DNA of 62,939 nt, the filler included, from Chiloscyllium plagiosum (Eukaryota): the NCBI RefSeq assembly GCF_004010195.1. It is 5 parts of one record of this genome, joined end to end, with 100 filler letters (N's around TTAATTAATTAA, not from the genome) between each part and the next. Parts side by side here need not be neighbours in the genome. Positions count along the whole stretch, not along the records: positions 31,945 to 50,028 come from NC_057715.1; positions 50,129 to 57,976 come from NC_057715.1; 3 more parts are not named here. The stretch is one strand, 5' to 3'. The notes under the pieces were generated by a model. It was not told where the DNA came from and ran no database searches. It saw only the letters and a list, made by a program, of their open reading frames with translations. A program made the translations under genes and the position numbers. This document shows, one piece after another, positions 37,497-50,669 of the stretch (its first letter is position 1; every line of letters starts with the position of its first letter).

Positions 37497-37790
37497 AGGC
37501 GGCATGGGGCTCAGTGGTTAGCACTGCTGCCTCACAGCACCAGGGACCCAGGTTCAATTCCAGCCTCAGGTGACTGCCTGCGTGAAGTTTGCACATTCTC
37601 CTCATGTTTGCGTGGGTTTTCTCCGACTATCCAAAGATGTGCAGGTTAGGTGAATTGGCCATACTAAATTGCCCACCGTGTTCAGGAATGTGTACGTTTG
37701 GTGCACTAGTCAGGGGTAAATGTAGGGGAATGGGTCTGGGTGGGTTACTCTTCAGAGGGTCAGCGTGGACTTGTTGGGCCGAAGGGCCTG
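37497..37790 (+). mobile_element. HE1 V-SINE
   Basis: ggcggcatggggctcagtggttagcactgctgcctcacagc head, B box, V-domain and tail. Confidence 0.88.
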
Positions 37791-40109
37791 CTAAAAAAAC
37801 ATAGGCGAACAGTATTTGTTGCAAGTCAGGACGTGGGCAGTGGAATTTTGGATGATGACACATTTATGAAGGATATTATGTGGAAGGCAAGCCAAGTACA
37901 CATAAGAATAGTCAAATTTATAGGAAACAAAAACATGAAAGGAGTCTTCACAAGCTGATGAGCAAAGGCAGGACAAGACTGATGATGTTATTGAAATGGA
38001 TATAGGTAGTTTTAGTGAGGTGTGCATATCTGGCCGGAAGCTGAACTCCAGGACATAGAAACATAAAAGGTAGGCCATTCAACCCCTTGAATCTGCTGTG
38101 CTATTGAAAATAATCATGGCCTATCATCGAGCTCAATACCCTAATTCCCCCCCGCAACCCCCCCCTCCCCCCCCCCCAATATATCTTGGAAGTATGACAG
38201 CTGCAAACAGACCAAAATAAATAAAAACAAAAAAATGCTGTGAAAACTTAGCAGACCGGGCAGTATCTTTAAAAAAGTACTTAGATGAATACTTGAAGTG
38301 TCATAGCATTCAGGGCTTTTGCCTAATTCTGGAAAGTGAGACTCGTGTGAATTTTGTGTATTTTTGGAGGCACAGACTTGATGGGCCAGAGGGCCCCTTT
38401 TGAATTGTGTGATTCTATGATGTTGTCTGTGGACAGAAACAGAGTTAGTGTTTCAGACTGGGTGGCCTTGGTTTCTCTCCATAGATATTATCCAAACTGA
38501 TAAGTTTTTTCCAGCATTATTTGGTTTTCATCGTTCACAGAATTTTGCTTTTGTATCAGTGTGAGCAGACTAATTTGATTCACAAACTGTTGCTGGGGTG
38601 AGAAATGGAGTTGTTTGCAAGGGAGTGGAGCTTGCAGTAGTGACAAAAACCAATGGCTTCAGTCTTCCCTATACTTAATTGAAGGTAATTTCCATCGATC
38701 CAGTATTATACGTTGGATAACAGTCTCATAATTGAGCAACAGTAGACAAGTCAATAAAGGTGCCATGCATCTAGAGTTGGGTTGTCAATGTATATGTGAA
38801 AACACCGTGTTTTCAGATGATGTTGTCAAGCGTAGATCGGAAATTGGAGGTGGCCCAAGGATAGATCCCTGGGGAGTGCCAGATAGAATGGTATGGTAAA
38901 ACTATTGTAAGTGTTTCTCTGTCTACAACTCAATAAATAAGAACGGAACCAGATGAGAGTAGTTCCATCCAGGTGATGACAGTGGAGAGGTTGCAGACCA
39001 GGTCGAGAAAAATGAGACGGGAATGTTGCCTTTGCCTTTGGACATAATTTGCAATTTTAATAAGAGTTTTAGTTTTAGTTTAGGGTGGCAGGCATGCAAA
39101 CTTGATTGGAGAAATTCAAACACGGAGCTTTCAAACTGAGATTGAATATTAAACACACAGATCTCAAAAATTAGTAAATGATTAACTTGTATCTCCACCT
39201 GGATAGCTAGAAAATGGTATGGTCTTTGTAAGGAAACAACAATTTAATTATTACTCGATATACTTCATATTGAAGTCAATAAGTCAGGTGGCATACAGTT
39301 CCAAGGGTGAGACACTCTATTTACTGATTGTTAAGCTTGTGGATATAATTAGTTAACTCGGCATGCGAATAAATTAAACCTGGAATATTCCTGCTGTGTA
39401 TGGTTCGGTATAGGGATCTTGTCACAGATATTTTACCAGTTTCTAGAATGAAGATTTGCATTATCATTTCATAAAATGCCTCTATGAAAAAATATAATAT
39501 ATAAATATTAAAAATGTTGAGTGGATTACAAGATTTATTGCCATAATATTTTTGAAAATTTCCATGTCTGGTTTTATCAATGGAACATTTTATACAAACA
39601 AAATTTAACTTTAATCTTACACGTATAAGATAATGATTTAATAGTGATTTTCGATTCTAAATGTTATGCAATATTGCTGCTGAAACAGTAGGTTCTATTT
39701 GCATGCTGCAGTTTTTTTGTTTGTTAACAGAATGCTGGCAAAGTCTGCAATTATTTTCCTTCCCTAGTAGTCCTGAGAGAGAAATGGTGGGTTACCAATG
39801 AGATTCAGATGGTGAAGGTGCTCCTGCAATGCTATTAGGTGTGGATTTTCAGGATGTTGAAGGAATGGAATAATATATCCTTATCAAAATGGCATATGCA
39901 TTAAAGAGGAACTTGGAGGCAATGGGAAGAGCTATCCTAGCCTGTATGGAGTGGAACTTGGTTTGGGAGCTTCTGAAAAAACATGACATGTGACTGACTT
40001 CTATCCTTAGATAGTCCACACTGCAGTCAAAATGATGGAGACAGTGGATGTTTTGGCTCATGGCTATCACGCCCTTCACTGTAACTCCTTTATCCATGGA
40101 TAGTTTTCA

Positions 40110-41712
40110 GCATAGAGCCATAGAATTGTAGAAATGTACAGCATGGAAACACACCCTTCAGTCCAACCCGTCCATGCCCACCAGATACCCCAACCCAACC
40201 TAGTCCCACCTGCAAGCACCCGGCCCATATCCCTCCAAACCTTTCCTATTCATATAGCCATCCAAATGCCTTTTAAATGTTGCAATTGTACCAGCCTCCA
40301 TCACTTCCTCTGGCACCTCATTCCATACACGTACCACCATCTGCATGAAAACGTTGCCCCTTAGGTCTCTTTTATATCTTTCCCCTCTCACTCTAAACCT
40401 ATACCCTCTAGTTCTGGACTCCCTGACCCCAGGGAAAAGACTTTGTCAATTTATCCTGTTCCTGCCCCTCATAATTTTATAAACCTCTATAAGGTCACCC
40501 CTCAGCCTAAGACGCTCCAGGGAAACCAGCCCCAGCCTACTTAACCTCTCCCTATAGCTCAAATCCTCCAACCCTGGAAACATCCTTGTAAATCTTTTCT
40601 GAACTCTTTCAAGTTTAACAACATCTTTTCAATTGGAAGGAGACCAGAATTGCACACAATATTCCAACAGTGGCCTAACCAATGGCCTGTACAGCCACAA
40701 CACGACCTCCCAACTCCTGTACTCAATACTCTGAAAGTAATAAGGGCAAGCATACCAAACGCCTTCTTCACTATCCTATCTACCTGCGACTCCACTTTCA
40801 AGGAGCACTCCAAGGTCTCTTTGTTCAGCAACACTTTCAAGGACCTTGCCATTAAGTAGATAAGTCCTGCTAAGATTTGCTTTTCCAAATTGCAGCACTT
40901 CGCATTTACCTGAATTAAACTCCATCTGCCACTTCTCAGCCCATTGGCCCATCTTATCAAAATCCTGTTGTAATCTCAGGTAACCTTCTTTGCTGTCCAC
41001 TAAACCTCCAATTTTGGTGTCATCTCCAAACTTACTAACTGTACCTCTTATGCTCGCATCCAAATCATTTATATAAATGACGAAAAATAGAGGACCCAGC
41101 AACGATCCTTGTGGTACTCACTGGTCACAGACCTCCAGTCTGAAAAACAACCCTCCACCATCACCCTCTGTCTTCTACCTTTGAGCCAGTTCTATATCCA
41201 AATGGCTAGTTCTCACTGTATTCCGTGAGATCTAACCTTGCTAACCAGTCTCCCATGGGGAACCTTGTCGAATGCCTTACTGAAGTCCATATAGATCACA
41301 CCTACCATCCTGCCCTCATCAATCCTCTTTATTACTTCTTCAAAGAACTCAATCAAGTTTGTGAGACATGATTTCCCACGCACAAAGCCATGTTGACTAT
41401 CCTTAATCAGTCCTTGCTTTTCCAAATACATGTACATCCTGTCCCTCAGCATTCTCTCCAACAACTTGCCCACCACCGACATCAGGATCACTGATCTATA
41501 GTTCCCTAGCTTGTCCTTACCACCCTTCTTAAATGGCGGCACCACATTAGCCAACCTCCAGTTTTCCGGCACCTTACAAATATCTCAGCAAGAGGCCCAG
41601 CAATCACTTCCTTAGCTTCCCACAGAGTTCTCGGGTACACCTGACCAGGTCCTGGAGATTTATCCATCTTTATGTGTTTCAAGACATCGAGCACTTCCTC
41701 CTCTGTAATATG
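40110..41712 (-). mobile_element. Young CR1 ORF2 RT and 3' UTR, 5'-truncated and frameshifted
   Basis: KMDKSPGP, WRLANVVP.FKKG, QHGFVRGKSCLTNLIEFFEEV, DFSKAFDKVPH and KFGDDTK. Confidence 0.94.
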
Positions 41713-43355
41713 TAATAAGCTTATTAAGTCTTATTGTGGTTGCAGCCATCAAACAAGTACAACATTAAACAACCATTAAAATAGCTGATGTGTGTTTTGT
41801 AGATGGAGGTAAGGTTTGTCCATTCAAGAGGGGAGCCACCCCTCACAGAATCCTCAGTGTCTGGCATATTTTACTCAAATCCAGGAAAAATACAGCTAAT
41901 TTGATTGACACCTTCACCTTAAACAATCACTTCCTAAAACAACAGTGCACATGGCTGCAGTCTGTACCATCTACAAGACTCAATGCAGCAACTCTCCAAG
42001 ACTTATTCAACAGCCCCTCATAACCTTGCAACCTTCACCATCTGTGGCAGAAGTTGTGTTGAAATGCAAGATGCCTTCCATGTCACATACAATCCTCATT
42101 TGGAAATATGTCAGCATTCCATTATTATTGCTGACTTTTTAAATCCATTTTTAATTCCCCAAATAACAACATGGGTGTATCTTCAACACACGTACTGCAG
42201 TAGTCATCATATTCTCAAGGGCTATTAGGAGTAAGCAATAAATACTGATCTTACCAATGCACCTATATTCTGTTAAATGTCCTTTGTATTTCTGTGGAGC
42301 ATGGACCTGGGTATTGAGAAAATAGCAACACTTCTACTGAATGCTGTGTTGTTCAATATTAATTAACAGTGATGTTAGTGGAACAGTATAGGCCAACCAA
42401 TACCAACTGCTACTGAATGAAGCAACTAATTTGTTTGGCTTAAATGCATTTGGAAAAATCTAGCAACTTTGAGCCTTTGAAATTTTTATTTATGCTTTTT
42501 TTAGAACTTCAGAACTAGGATTTGAATTAACTGAGGAAGACAACAGCTGAAATGACAACCAAAATAACTTAAATTGCTTAATTTTCAAAATGAAAGTGAA
42601 AAAAATAGGAATTGCTTTTAAAAATGCATATGTTAATACGAAAGGATGCTTATTGTTTCTGGCCATCTGCATTAAAAATACCTGATATGATGTTCCATGA
42701 TAGCTCATCATGTCTATCAATGAAAAATTATTGGTCTTTTTGAACAGACATCATCGGTCAGTTTTAACTCCTTCACCATGTGTAAACAGTGGCCTGAAAG
42801 TAGTAGTGGTTGGTTAACTACATTGTTTCTGCAGTTACTCCAACAGCTGCAATCCTGAATAGGGTTTTGAGATGAGTAGCTTGAGCATCTGCCTGTTGTA
42901 GGTGAAAACACTCACATTATGCAACTATGGTACACATTGGACCCCAATTGCAATTGTTCATATACCTCACATACCATATCAGGTGGTGAGTGGCCTAAAC
43001 AAAAATCTTCAGAAATGAATAATTCATTACTGAACTCAAAACATTAACACTGCTTGTCTCTGCACAGTTGCTCGCAGGCCTGCTAAGTTTCTCTAGCATA
43101 CTTTGTGTTTGTTTCAGAATTTCAATATCGGCACCATTTTGCTTTTAATCAAGTGTTGAATTTGCTTTCTGGTGGGCCTGGACGCACAATAGTGCAATTT
43201 GTGGACCAATGTAAAAATAAATTGGTCCACTCCCAATGCTTTAAGACCCAGCTGATATTTTCTATTTGGATAACTACCAAATTAAAGTCAGGCACTAACT
43301 TGATGCGTAAGGTTCACTGTTTCTTGTAAATGAAGCCCTGACATCAAAATAAATC

Positions 43356-43471
43356 GACGAAAATGAGAACTCAGGTGCTGGAGATTAGAGTCCAGAGTAT
43401 GGTGCTGGAAAAGCACAGCAGGTCAAGCATCCGAGGAGCAGGAAAGTCGACGTTTCAGGCAAAATAACTTG
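43356..43471 (-). mobile_element. PLE family 1 mini-insertion truncated inside the hammerhead motif
   Basis: Terminus ggtgctggaaaagcacagcaggtca..gtcgacgtttcaggc; 13-bp TSD gacatcaaaataa at 43340-43352 and 43472-43484. Confidence 0.78.
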
Positions 43472-45671
43472 GACATCAAAATAACTCAGGCTGTAAGCTA
43501 GCAAAAAGGGCAAGAGATAGACCTTTTTCGCCTACTCCACATTCATTATGTCCTCATGATTAAAATCAATCTTCATATTTGAAGTTGCTTTTTTATTTTT
43601 ATTTGAATAAAGTGTTTCTTTGGCCAAAAAGTAAATATGTAGAATTTTTTTCAAATAATCTTTTTAAATGTCGTTTAATCTCTCTGATGTTTCCATAAAA
43701 TGGGATTCGGTTAATTTAGGATGTCTGGTTGGTATGGACATATTGGACCGAAGGATCTGTTTCCATACTGTACAACTATCCCCTTTCTCCTCTGTTTAAA
43801 ACCCTGAAACTATCTCTGTTGTGCTGTCTTTACCACTTTTGACTAAGAAATGATCTGCCACCCTAGATCTTAGTTAACTTTGCTTTGAATATTGTCACTG
43901 GTAGATATAAGAAAATACAAGCAGACTGAATGGACCAGTTGATTTACCCTTAGACACTTTCTTTTTCCATGTAGGGAGATGCCACTCTTTGGTCATGTCT
44001 CTTAACTATGAAACATGGATTAAGAATTCATAGTATATTGTGATACAGTATATAATTAAATCTGATTGTGATTTAGGTCTCTTTTATTATTTTATTGATT
44101 GACATTTCTTCAGTTCAAATCTACATAAATATAGAACTCAAACAGATATACCGATGCATGTGTGTATTTCACTTTCTCTTTAAATGTTAACAATTAACTA
44201 TTTTAAATGTATAGTCAGTGTTGTTTGCTGCCAAATTCAGCAATGTTTTAAAATGGAAAATGTGCTGATTAAGCAGTAAACATATGTCTTGATGGTGTTG
44301 GTTGATTTCATTTTGATTAATGTAAGTAGGTCAAAGATGGATATATTGTTCCACAGGAGAGCAGAAGTGGTTGCCAACGGTAGCACAATTCCTTATCTGC
44401 AGGACCACTAAACATCCCTTGGTAAAAACAACATAATAATGGAGTTGAAAGTGCTGTGACCAGAGGAACAAGGAACAGCTGAGAAGCATTTAGTAATTAA
44501 ATGGAATGAAGAATGAAAGGGATAATGAATAGAATTAGTTCACCGCTGAGGGTTTGTTCCCCTTTAATCTATTAACATCTGATGGGTAGCATGGTACCAT
44601 CTGGCACATAGACAAGGAAGTGAGACTGCAGTTTAGAGGGGAAAGAAGTATATTATGATAGATTTCCTTTGCTGACTGTTTGGTAAAGATTGTAAACTGA
44701 CGAATTGTTATAGTCTTATTAGGTTTTTGGTGACTGAAAGCTTCTTGGTAACACTGAAGACTCAGTGACAATTACATATCGAGTTTTAGGATTGAGTAAA
44801 ATTCATCATATTTGTATTTGCTTAGAGATTTTAATCTGTCATGTTCTATAAAAAATTCTAACACGTTCCACAACATGGCTTCTGAAAGTGAGGAGGGGCT
44901 GTATATTCCAGGCTAGATGTCTTGTTTTCAGCTAACACAGATATGGGGGGCCAAAGATCCTCCTTTTACATTGTAAATTTTTCATATTTCTATATTTGAT
45001 GTAGCATTATGCATATCTGTTTCCAGGAATAGATTTTTCAATTACTACAGGGTTAGCTGATCCCAGCAAGAGATGACGAATCTTGTACCACATTTGCACT
45101 CAGCAAAATCAAAAATACAGATTTTATATTTAATTATGCATGGATTATATTTTACACATTTTAGGAAACTAGTCTTTAGCAATATTAAGCTTTGAGGGGA
45201 GTAAAAGAATGAGAAATGCTTTAAGTGAATTCAGTATGTTCGAAATGTTAAATACCTTTTCCTCTGAGACTGACAGACCTGCTGCGTGCACAGTGACAGG
45301 ATTTAGTATGACGAGACATTGGTTTCAAGATACCACAGCCCGATTTAATTTGTATTGAACAATCCTTTACTCGTTTACTGAGAAAACAGTCTTTTTATAT
45401 CAATTCATCTTCCTTTAATCTATTGAATGTAAACAACACATCAAAATAGACAAGCAGGTTGCCGATGAAAGGAAAGTTAATATAGCACATATTTCTAATG
45501 CGAATTTTCAGTTAGACTGAGAAATGCAAAGTTGTTTTGAAAAAAATATGTGTAATTAAATGGAGGCCCAGGTTTCCAGCATTTGATTGTTAAAGTTAGT
45601 TTTGTACAATATGGACATCTACTTATCCTATCAGTAAAAATAAAGTGAATTCAGTCTCTATTTTCAATATT

Positions 45672-46087
45672 TGGAGCTGCCGGTGTTGGACTGGGATGTA
45701 CAAAGTTAAAAATCACACACCAGGTTATAGTCCAACAGGTTTATTTGGAAACACTAGCTTTTGGATGCTGCTCCTTCATCAGGTGGTTGTGGAGTATAAC
45801 ATTGTAAGACACAGAATTTATAGAAAAAGCTTACAGTGTGATATAACTGAAATTATATATTGAAAAAGACCTCGATTGTTTGTTAAATCACTCATCTTTT
45901 AGAATGACCATGTTGGTTTCAGTTCTTTCATATGTAATCCTCAGAACTTTTTTTAAAAGTTACGTTCTCAAGTGAACTTTAACAATAGGCGCATGTCGGC
46001 CCAGATAATGCATTGAAGGTGTGAGGTGTCCTGTGTGGGGCTGTCTATGCCTCAATGTTCAGACTGATTCTATTTCTAAAAAAGAGA

Positions 46088-46125
<38 letters not shown>

Positions 46126-47870
46126 TGCAGTGGGGTCACCTGTAGTGTGACATGGACCCAAGATCCATGACCATGGACATCTGTCCGATTGAGGACATCC
46201 CCATAGGTACTGAACTTAGCTATCAGCCTCTGCTCGGCCACTTTGCGTTGTTGCCTGTCTCGAAGTCTGCCTTGGAGGATCGTCATGCGAAGGTTCAAGG
46301 TCAAATGTCCTGGAGTACTGAAGTGTTCTCCAACTGGAAGGGAACACTTCTGTCTGTTGAATGTTGTGCGGTGTCCATTCATATGTTGCCGTAGTCTCTG
46401 TTCGGTCTCACCAATGTACCATGCCTCAGGGCATCCTTGCCTGCAGCATTGGCCAAGTCACATGAGTACCTGCTGTGTACATGGTGGGCGGTGTCCCCAT
46501 GTATAATGGTGGTATCTGTGTCAACACTCTAACACGTCTTGCACCATCTGCCGTGACAAGGTTGTATGGTGTTGACCTGAAAGCCAGGCAGTTTGCTGTG
46601 AACAATGATCTGTTTGAGGTTTGGTGGTTGTTTAAAGGCAAGAAGTGGAGGCGTGGGGAAGGTCTTGGCAAGGTGCTCATCCTCATTGATAATGTGCTGC
46701 AAGCTGTGAAGAACATGGCGTAGGCTTTTGGCTCCTGGGAAGTACTGGACAACGGAGGGTACCCTGTCGGTTGCAGCTCGTGTCTGTCTCCTGAGGAGGT
46801 CATTACGGTTTCTAGCTGTAGCATGTCGGAGTTGTGATGAGTTGAGCATCGTACCCCATTCTTACGAGGGTATTCGTGAGTACTTCCAAGTGCCTGTCAT
46901 GTTCCTCCTCATCTGAACAGATCTTTTGTATGCATAGGGCTTGTCTGTAGGGGAAGGCTATTTTAATATGTTTTAGGTGGAAGCTGGAGAAATGTAGCAT
47001 TGTGAGGTTATCCATGGGTTTGCGGTAGACTGAGGTGCTGAGGTGCCCATCCTTGATGGAGATGCATGTGTCCAAGAATGAGACAGATACTAGAGAGTAG
47101 TCCATGGTGAGGTTGATGGTGGGATGAAACTCATTGATATCACTGTGTAGCTGTTTCAGTGATTCCTCACCATGAGTCCAGTGGAAGAAAATGTCGTCAA
47201 TATACCTGGTGCATAATGTTGGTTGGAGGTCCTGCATAGAGAAGAAATCTTGTTCGAACTTGTGCATGAAAATGTTGGCATATTGGGGTACAAATTTGGT
47301 CTCCATGGCTGTTCCATGTGTCTGGATGAAGAACTGGTTGTCAAAGATGAAAACAATGTGGTCAAGGATAAAGTGGATGAGTTGTAGGATGGTGCTCGGA
47401 GATTGGCAGTTGTTGGTGTTGAGTACTGAGGCTATTGCGGCGATGCCGTCATTGTGGAGGATGTTGGTGTAGAGTGCTGAAACACTCCATAGTGACAAGG
47501 AATGTGGGTAAAAGCAAATTACTGTGGATGCTGGAATCTGAAACCAAAAGAGAAAATGCTGGAAAATCTCAGCAGGTTTGGCAGCATCTGTAAGGAGAGA
47601 AAAGAGCTGACATTTCGAGTCTAACTGACCCTTTGTCAAAACTCCCAGACCTGCTGAGATTTTCCAGCATTTTCTCTTTTGGAGATGAGGAATGTTCCTG
47701 GTTCGACTGGTCTGTAGGTGCTGAGTTTCTGTAAGAAATCTGTAGTGTTGCGCCAGAAGCTGGGGTTCCCCTGTACAATGGATTTCAAGATGCCCTCGAC
47801 ATAGCCAAGGAAGTCCTTACACAGGGTCCCATTGCCTGATACGATGGGACGTCCTGGTGTGTTGGCTTTG
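45672..47870 (-). mobile_element. PLE family 2: RT plus GIY-YIG endonuclease plus 3' terminus, degraded
   Basis: PGRPIVSGNGT, VSALYTNI, FFIQTHGTAM..KF.PQYANIFM and RYIDDIF; the GIY-YIG end reads MNGHR...PVGEHFS.PGH...EQRLIAKF.T....LNR. Confidence 0.93.
47507..47682. mobile_element. Family 3 PLE-terminus hairpin inserted into the family 2 RT
   Basis: About 38-bp inverted arms (ccaaaagagaaaatgctggaaaatctcagcaggt.tgg); host sequence aggaatgt is duplicated on both sides. Confidence 0.78.
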
Positions 47871-48042
47871 TGTAAAAGGAATTTACACACTGAAATACTC
47901 TCCCTAATGGCATTTTGGATCAACCTAAAGCACATGGACTACAGTGGTTTAAGAAGGCAGCTCATCATCCTCCCTCCCCTTTTACATATGAAAGAATTTA
48001 AACCACCATGGTCATTCCAAAAGATGACAGACTTAACAAACA

Positions 48043-48261
48043 GGAGAAAGTGAGGACTGCAGATGCTGGAGATCAGAGCTGAAAATGTGTTGCTGGAAAA
48101 GCGCAGCAGGTCAGGCAGCATCCAAGGAGCAGGAGAATCGACGTTTCGGGCATGAGCCCTTGTTCTCCATTCCTGAAGAAGGGCTCATGCCCGAAACGTC
48201 GATTCTCCTGCTCCTTGGATGCTGCCTGACCTGCTGCGCTTTTCCAGCAACACATTTTCAG
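48043..48261. mobile_element. Young PLE family 1 hairpin element with perfect 83-bp arms
   Basis: 48079-48161 is the exact reverse complement of 48179-48261. The sequence cagacttaacaaaca is repeated at 48028-48042 and 48259-48273. Confidence 0.92.
48169..48205 (+). ncRNA. Minimal type I hammerhead ribozyme motif (PLE family 1); predicted cleavage after C48200
   Basis: auuc-CUGAAGA(48173-79)-A-GGGC-ucau-GCCC-GAAA(48193-96)-C-GUC-gauu. Confidence 0.8.
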
Positions 48262-49503
48262 ACTTAACAAACAATCCAGGTCTTTTTCAATATATAATTT
48301 TGGTTGCATCACACTGTAAACTTCTTCTATAAATTCTGTGTCTTATGGTCTTACATTCCACTATCAGCTGATGAAGGAATAGTTCTCCGAAAGCTAGTGC
48401 TTCCAAATAAATCTGGGACTATAACCTGGTGTTGTATAATATTTAACTTTATTATTTTGGGCTTCTACTTTTGAAAATAAGTCTGCTTTGTGTGCCAAAT
48501 CAACTGTAACAAGTTTGTGGATATTTAAAAGGAGCAGAACTAGAGAAGGTGAAAGTAAAAAACATTTACACGTTTTATGAAGCATAACACAAAGACATTT
48601 TTTGGCATCACTCTCCTGTGAGTGAAATACAATAAGCTAAGTTTTTCTGTATCAGCATATCTGTTATTGATTAGGTTTATCCATGAGCCCAACATCTATC
48701 GACCCATTTAGTTGTTGAAAACGTGAGGTAAATATGGCACAGGCAGGAACGCAGCATTGGGATCATGAGTGAACAGGGCAATCAAGGTGGTATTTTTTTC
48801 CAAATGAATACGATTTTCGGATTGGAAATAAACAGTAGTAAGCCTGAGAAGATCATAAACTAAAGGAGATAATTAGGTCGAGAAAGAGAAATAAAAAGAG
48901 AAAAGGAAAGAATTAATTAAGAGAGAAAATAAGACACGGAAATGAAAAACAGTCACATTTTCCCAGCTCTTAAGCAATTGAGGATAATGGTGACAAGTTT
49001 AGGTTAATCATCAAGAATGGAAAAATGATATTCTCAATGGCATGAGATAATGGTCTGATTTTCCCATCATGTTCTGAATGGCCACGTGAGAATTTTGCCT
49101 GTAAATGGTGAAAACTCTACTGCCATGCATTTACATCTCATCCTTAACTAATTTTGCATCATTTCTATGTAGTTTGTGATTTTCCCAGTCACTGGTGAGG
49201 AACTAGGTGGTACCAATTCCCAAATTGAAAGTCTGAATGTTTAACCAGTTGATTCAGTTGGCTGGTTGATTTTCCAGGCCTCCACGTTCACTGTCATTCA
49301 CCAACATCTCATGACACACTCCATGGGCAGCAAACACCTCCACCCTTCGCCCATGGTCATTGTATCAACAAAGCACCAACCTTAGCATTGCATTGTTGCT
49401 GATCTTGGAATTGGACAGTGAGGGTAGGGGGAGATGTATGGGAAAAACCAATCTTGGACTAATTCAGAAGACACTTCAGCACTTTAGAGCTCAGTGACAC
49501 CTT

Positions 49504-49783
49504 ACATTGGAATGGTCCTGGCCAGCCATTCTGTGCAAAGGGACACACACCAATCTCATAAACCAACATAGGATGCATCTAAGGGCTTGTTTTCTTAGTG
49601 ATCATTCACTTTGTGTTAATTTAGACACTTATAGCAGCTTTGCACATTGGAATGGTCCTGGCCAGCCATTCTGTGCAAAGGGACACACACCAATCTCATA
49701 AACCAACATAGGATGCATCTAAGGGCTTGTTTTCTTAGTGATCATTCACTTTGTGTTAATTTAGACACTTATAGCAGCTTTGC
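49504..49783. repeat. Exact tandem duplication, 2 x 140 bp
   Basis: 49504-49643 is identical to 49644-49783. Confidence 0.95.
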
Positions 49784-49807
49784 CTGACCTTGCCTTTTAG
49801 TACATGA

Positions 49808-50028
49808 AGTTGAAAAATGTGTTGCTGGAAAAGCACAGCAGGTCAGGCAGCATCCAAGGAGCAGAAGAATCCACGTTTCAGGCATAAGCCCTTCCTCAGG
49901 ATTGAGGAAGGTGTGCCAAGCAGGCTAAGATAAAAGGTAGGGAGGAGGGACTTGGGGGAGGGGGGTTGGTTATGCGATAGGTGGAAGGAGGTTAAGGTGA
50001 CGGTGATAGGCCAGAGAGGGGGTGGGGG
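49808..50028 (-). mobile_element. PLE family 1 3' terminus running into a gap
   Basis: Homologous to 8925-9132, with a mutated hammerhead motif at about 49868-49905. Confidence 0.85.
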
Positions 50029-50128
50029 NNNNNNNNNNNNNNNNNNNNNNNNNNNNNNNNNNNNNNNNNNNNTTAATTAATTAANNNNNNNNNNNNNNNN
50101 NNNNNNNNNNNNNNNNNNNNNNNNNNNN
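50029..50128. other. Artificial scaffold spacer
   Basis: 44N-TTAATTAATTAA-44N. Confidence 0.97.
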
Positions 50129-50510
50129 CACCTATCCCTTTCTATCACTAAAGTAAACATAACAGAATTGTGATCACTATCACCAAAGTGCTCACCTACG
50201 TCCAAATCTAACACCTGGCCGGGCTCATTACCCAGTACCAAATCTAATGTGGCTTCATCTCCTTGTTGGCCTGTCTACATATTGTGTCAGGAAGCCCTCC
50301 TGCACACACTGGACAAAAACTGACCCATCTATAGTACTCGTAGTATAGTGTTCCCAGTCAATATTTGGAAAGTTGAAGTCCCCCATAACAACTACCCTGT
50401 CTCTCTCATTCCTCTCGAGAATCATCTTTGCTATCCTTTCCTCTACATCTCTGGAACTATTCAGAGGCCAATAGAAAACTCCAAACAGGATGACCTCCTT
50501 TCCTGTTTCT
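50129..50510 (-). mobile_element. CR1 endonuclease fragment
   Basis: GVFYWPLNSSRDVEERIAKMILER...VVVMGDFNFPNIDW...FLTQYVDRPTR. Confidence 0.9.
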
Positions 50511-50512
50511 AA

Positions 50513-50633
50513 GAAAATCCACACAGACACGAGGAGAATGTGCAAACTCCACACAGTCACCCAAGGTGGGAATTGAACCTGAGTCCCTGGTGCTATGAAG
50601 AAGCAGTGCTAAACACTGTGCCGCTGCGCCACC
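50513..50633 (-). mobile_element. HE1 SINE 5' half
   Basis: ggagaatgtgcaaactccacacag...gggaattgaacc...gcagtgctaaacactgtgcc. Confidence 0.82.
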
Positions 50634-50669
50634 CTTTATGTTCTACCTTATGGTTTTATAAATTGAGCA

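Larger units (their letters stand above)
47985..48450 (+). mobile_element. Inverted copy of the PLE family 2 terminus (inverted pseudo-LTR)
   Basis: Reverse-complement homology to about 45700-45935. It contains a hammerhead motif at 48365-48399 and is split by the 48043-48261 insertion. Confidence 0.82.

Noticed and set aside
48073..48312. Near-identical ORFs on both strands
   Set aside because: This is a by-product of the palindrome, not protein coding.
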